A DNA stretch of 64,000 bases, from contig JAQFVV010000001.1 of the NCBI GenBank assembly GCA_028023455.1, positions 22,630,001 to 22,694,000 of the forward strand. The letters are read 5' to 3'. Positions 63,896 to 64,000 of this stretch are shown one piece after another; positions within the stretch are counted from its first letter, which is position 1; each line of letters opens with the position of its first letter. The stretch is from Epiperipatus broadwayi (taxonomy: Eukaryota; Animalia; Onychophora). The notes under the pieces are model-generated. The model was not told the DNA's origin. It saw only the letters and a program-made list of their open reading frames with translations, and ran no database searches. Position numbers and translations under genes: made by a program.

Positions 63896-64000
63896 TATAA
63901 AAGATTTAAAAAATAATTATTTGATATGTAATTATTATGCTAAAATTGAGATTTAAGACCTATTATTATACATAATAGCTACTAGTCTGTCATTCATAAT

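Overview
Very AT-rich, CpG-depleted animal genomic DNA, probably from an invertebrate (inferred; the species cannot be determined). The only recognisable host coding sequence is the first coding exon of amidophosphoribosyltransferase (PPAT, 4576-4700, +). I found no further PPAT exon by eye, so the remaining ~59 kb is probably one large intron. The rest is mostly decayed transposons: two copies of an L1/Tx1-like LINE, a complete Buster-type hAT element split by an unclassified CpG-rich 2.6 kb insertion, a rearranged Ty3/Gypsy element with two LTRs, three RTE LINE copies (two with inversions), a CR1-like LINE, mariner/Tc1 and hAT remnants, Penelope-like remnants, fold-back elements and a tRNA-Gly-derived pseudogene. 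The most notable unannotated signals are two distinct families of type I hammerhead ribozyme motifs. One has four + strand copies, two of them in a 464-nt-period tandem (retrozyme/Penelope-like); the other has one near-intact and one decayed - strand copy. Other highlights are the structured 2.6 kb insertion, a twin-priming-like RTE inversion that reveals a long shared leader, a perfect 56-bp palindrome and a pre-miRNA-like hairpin. Element boundaries and alignments were read by eye and are approximate unless termini are quoted.
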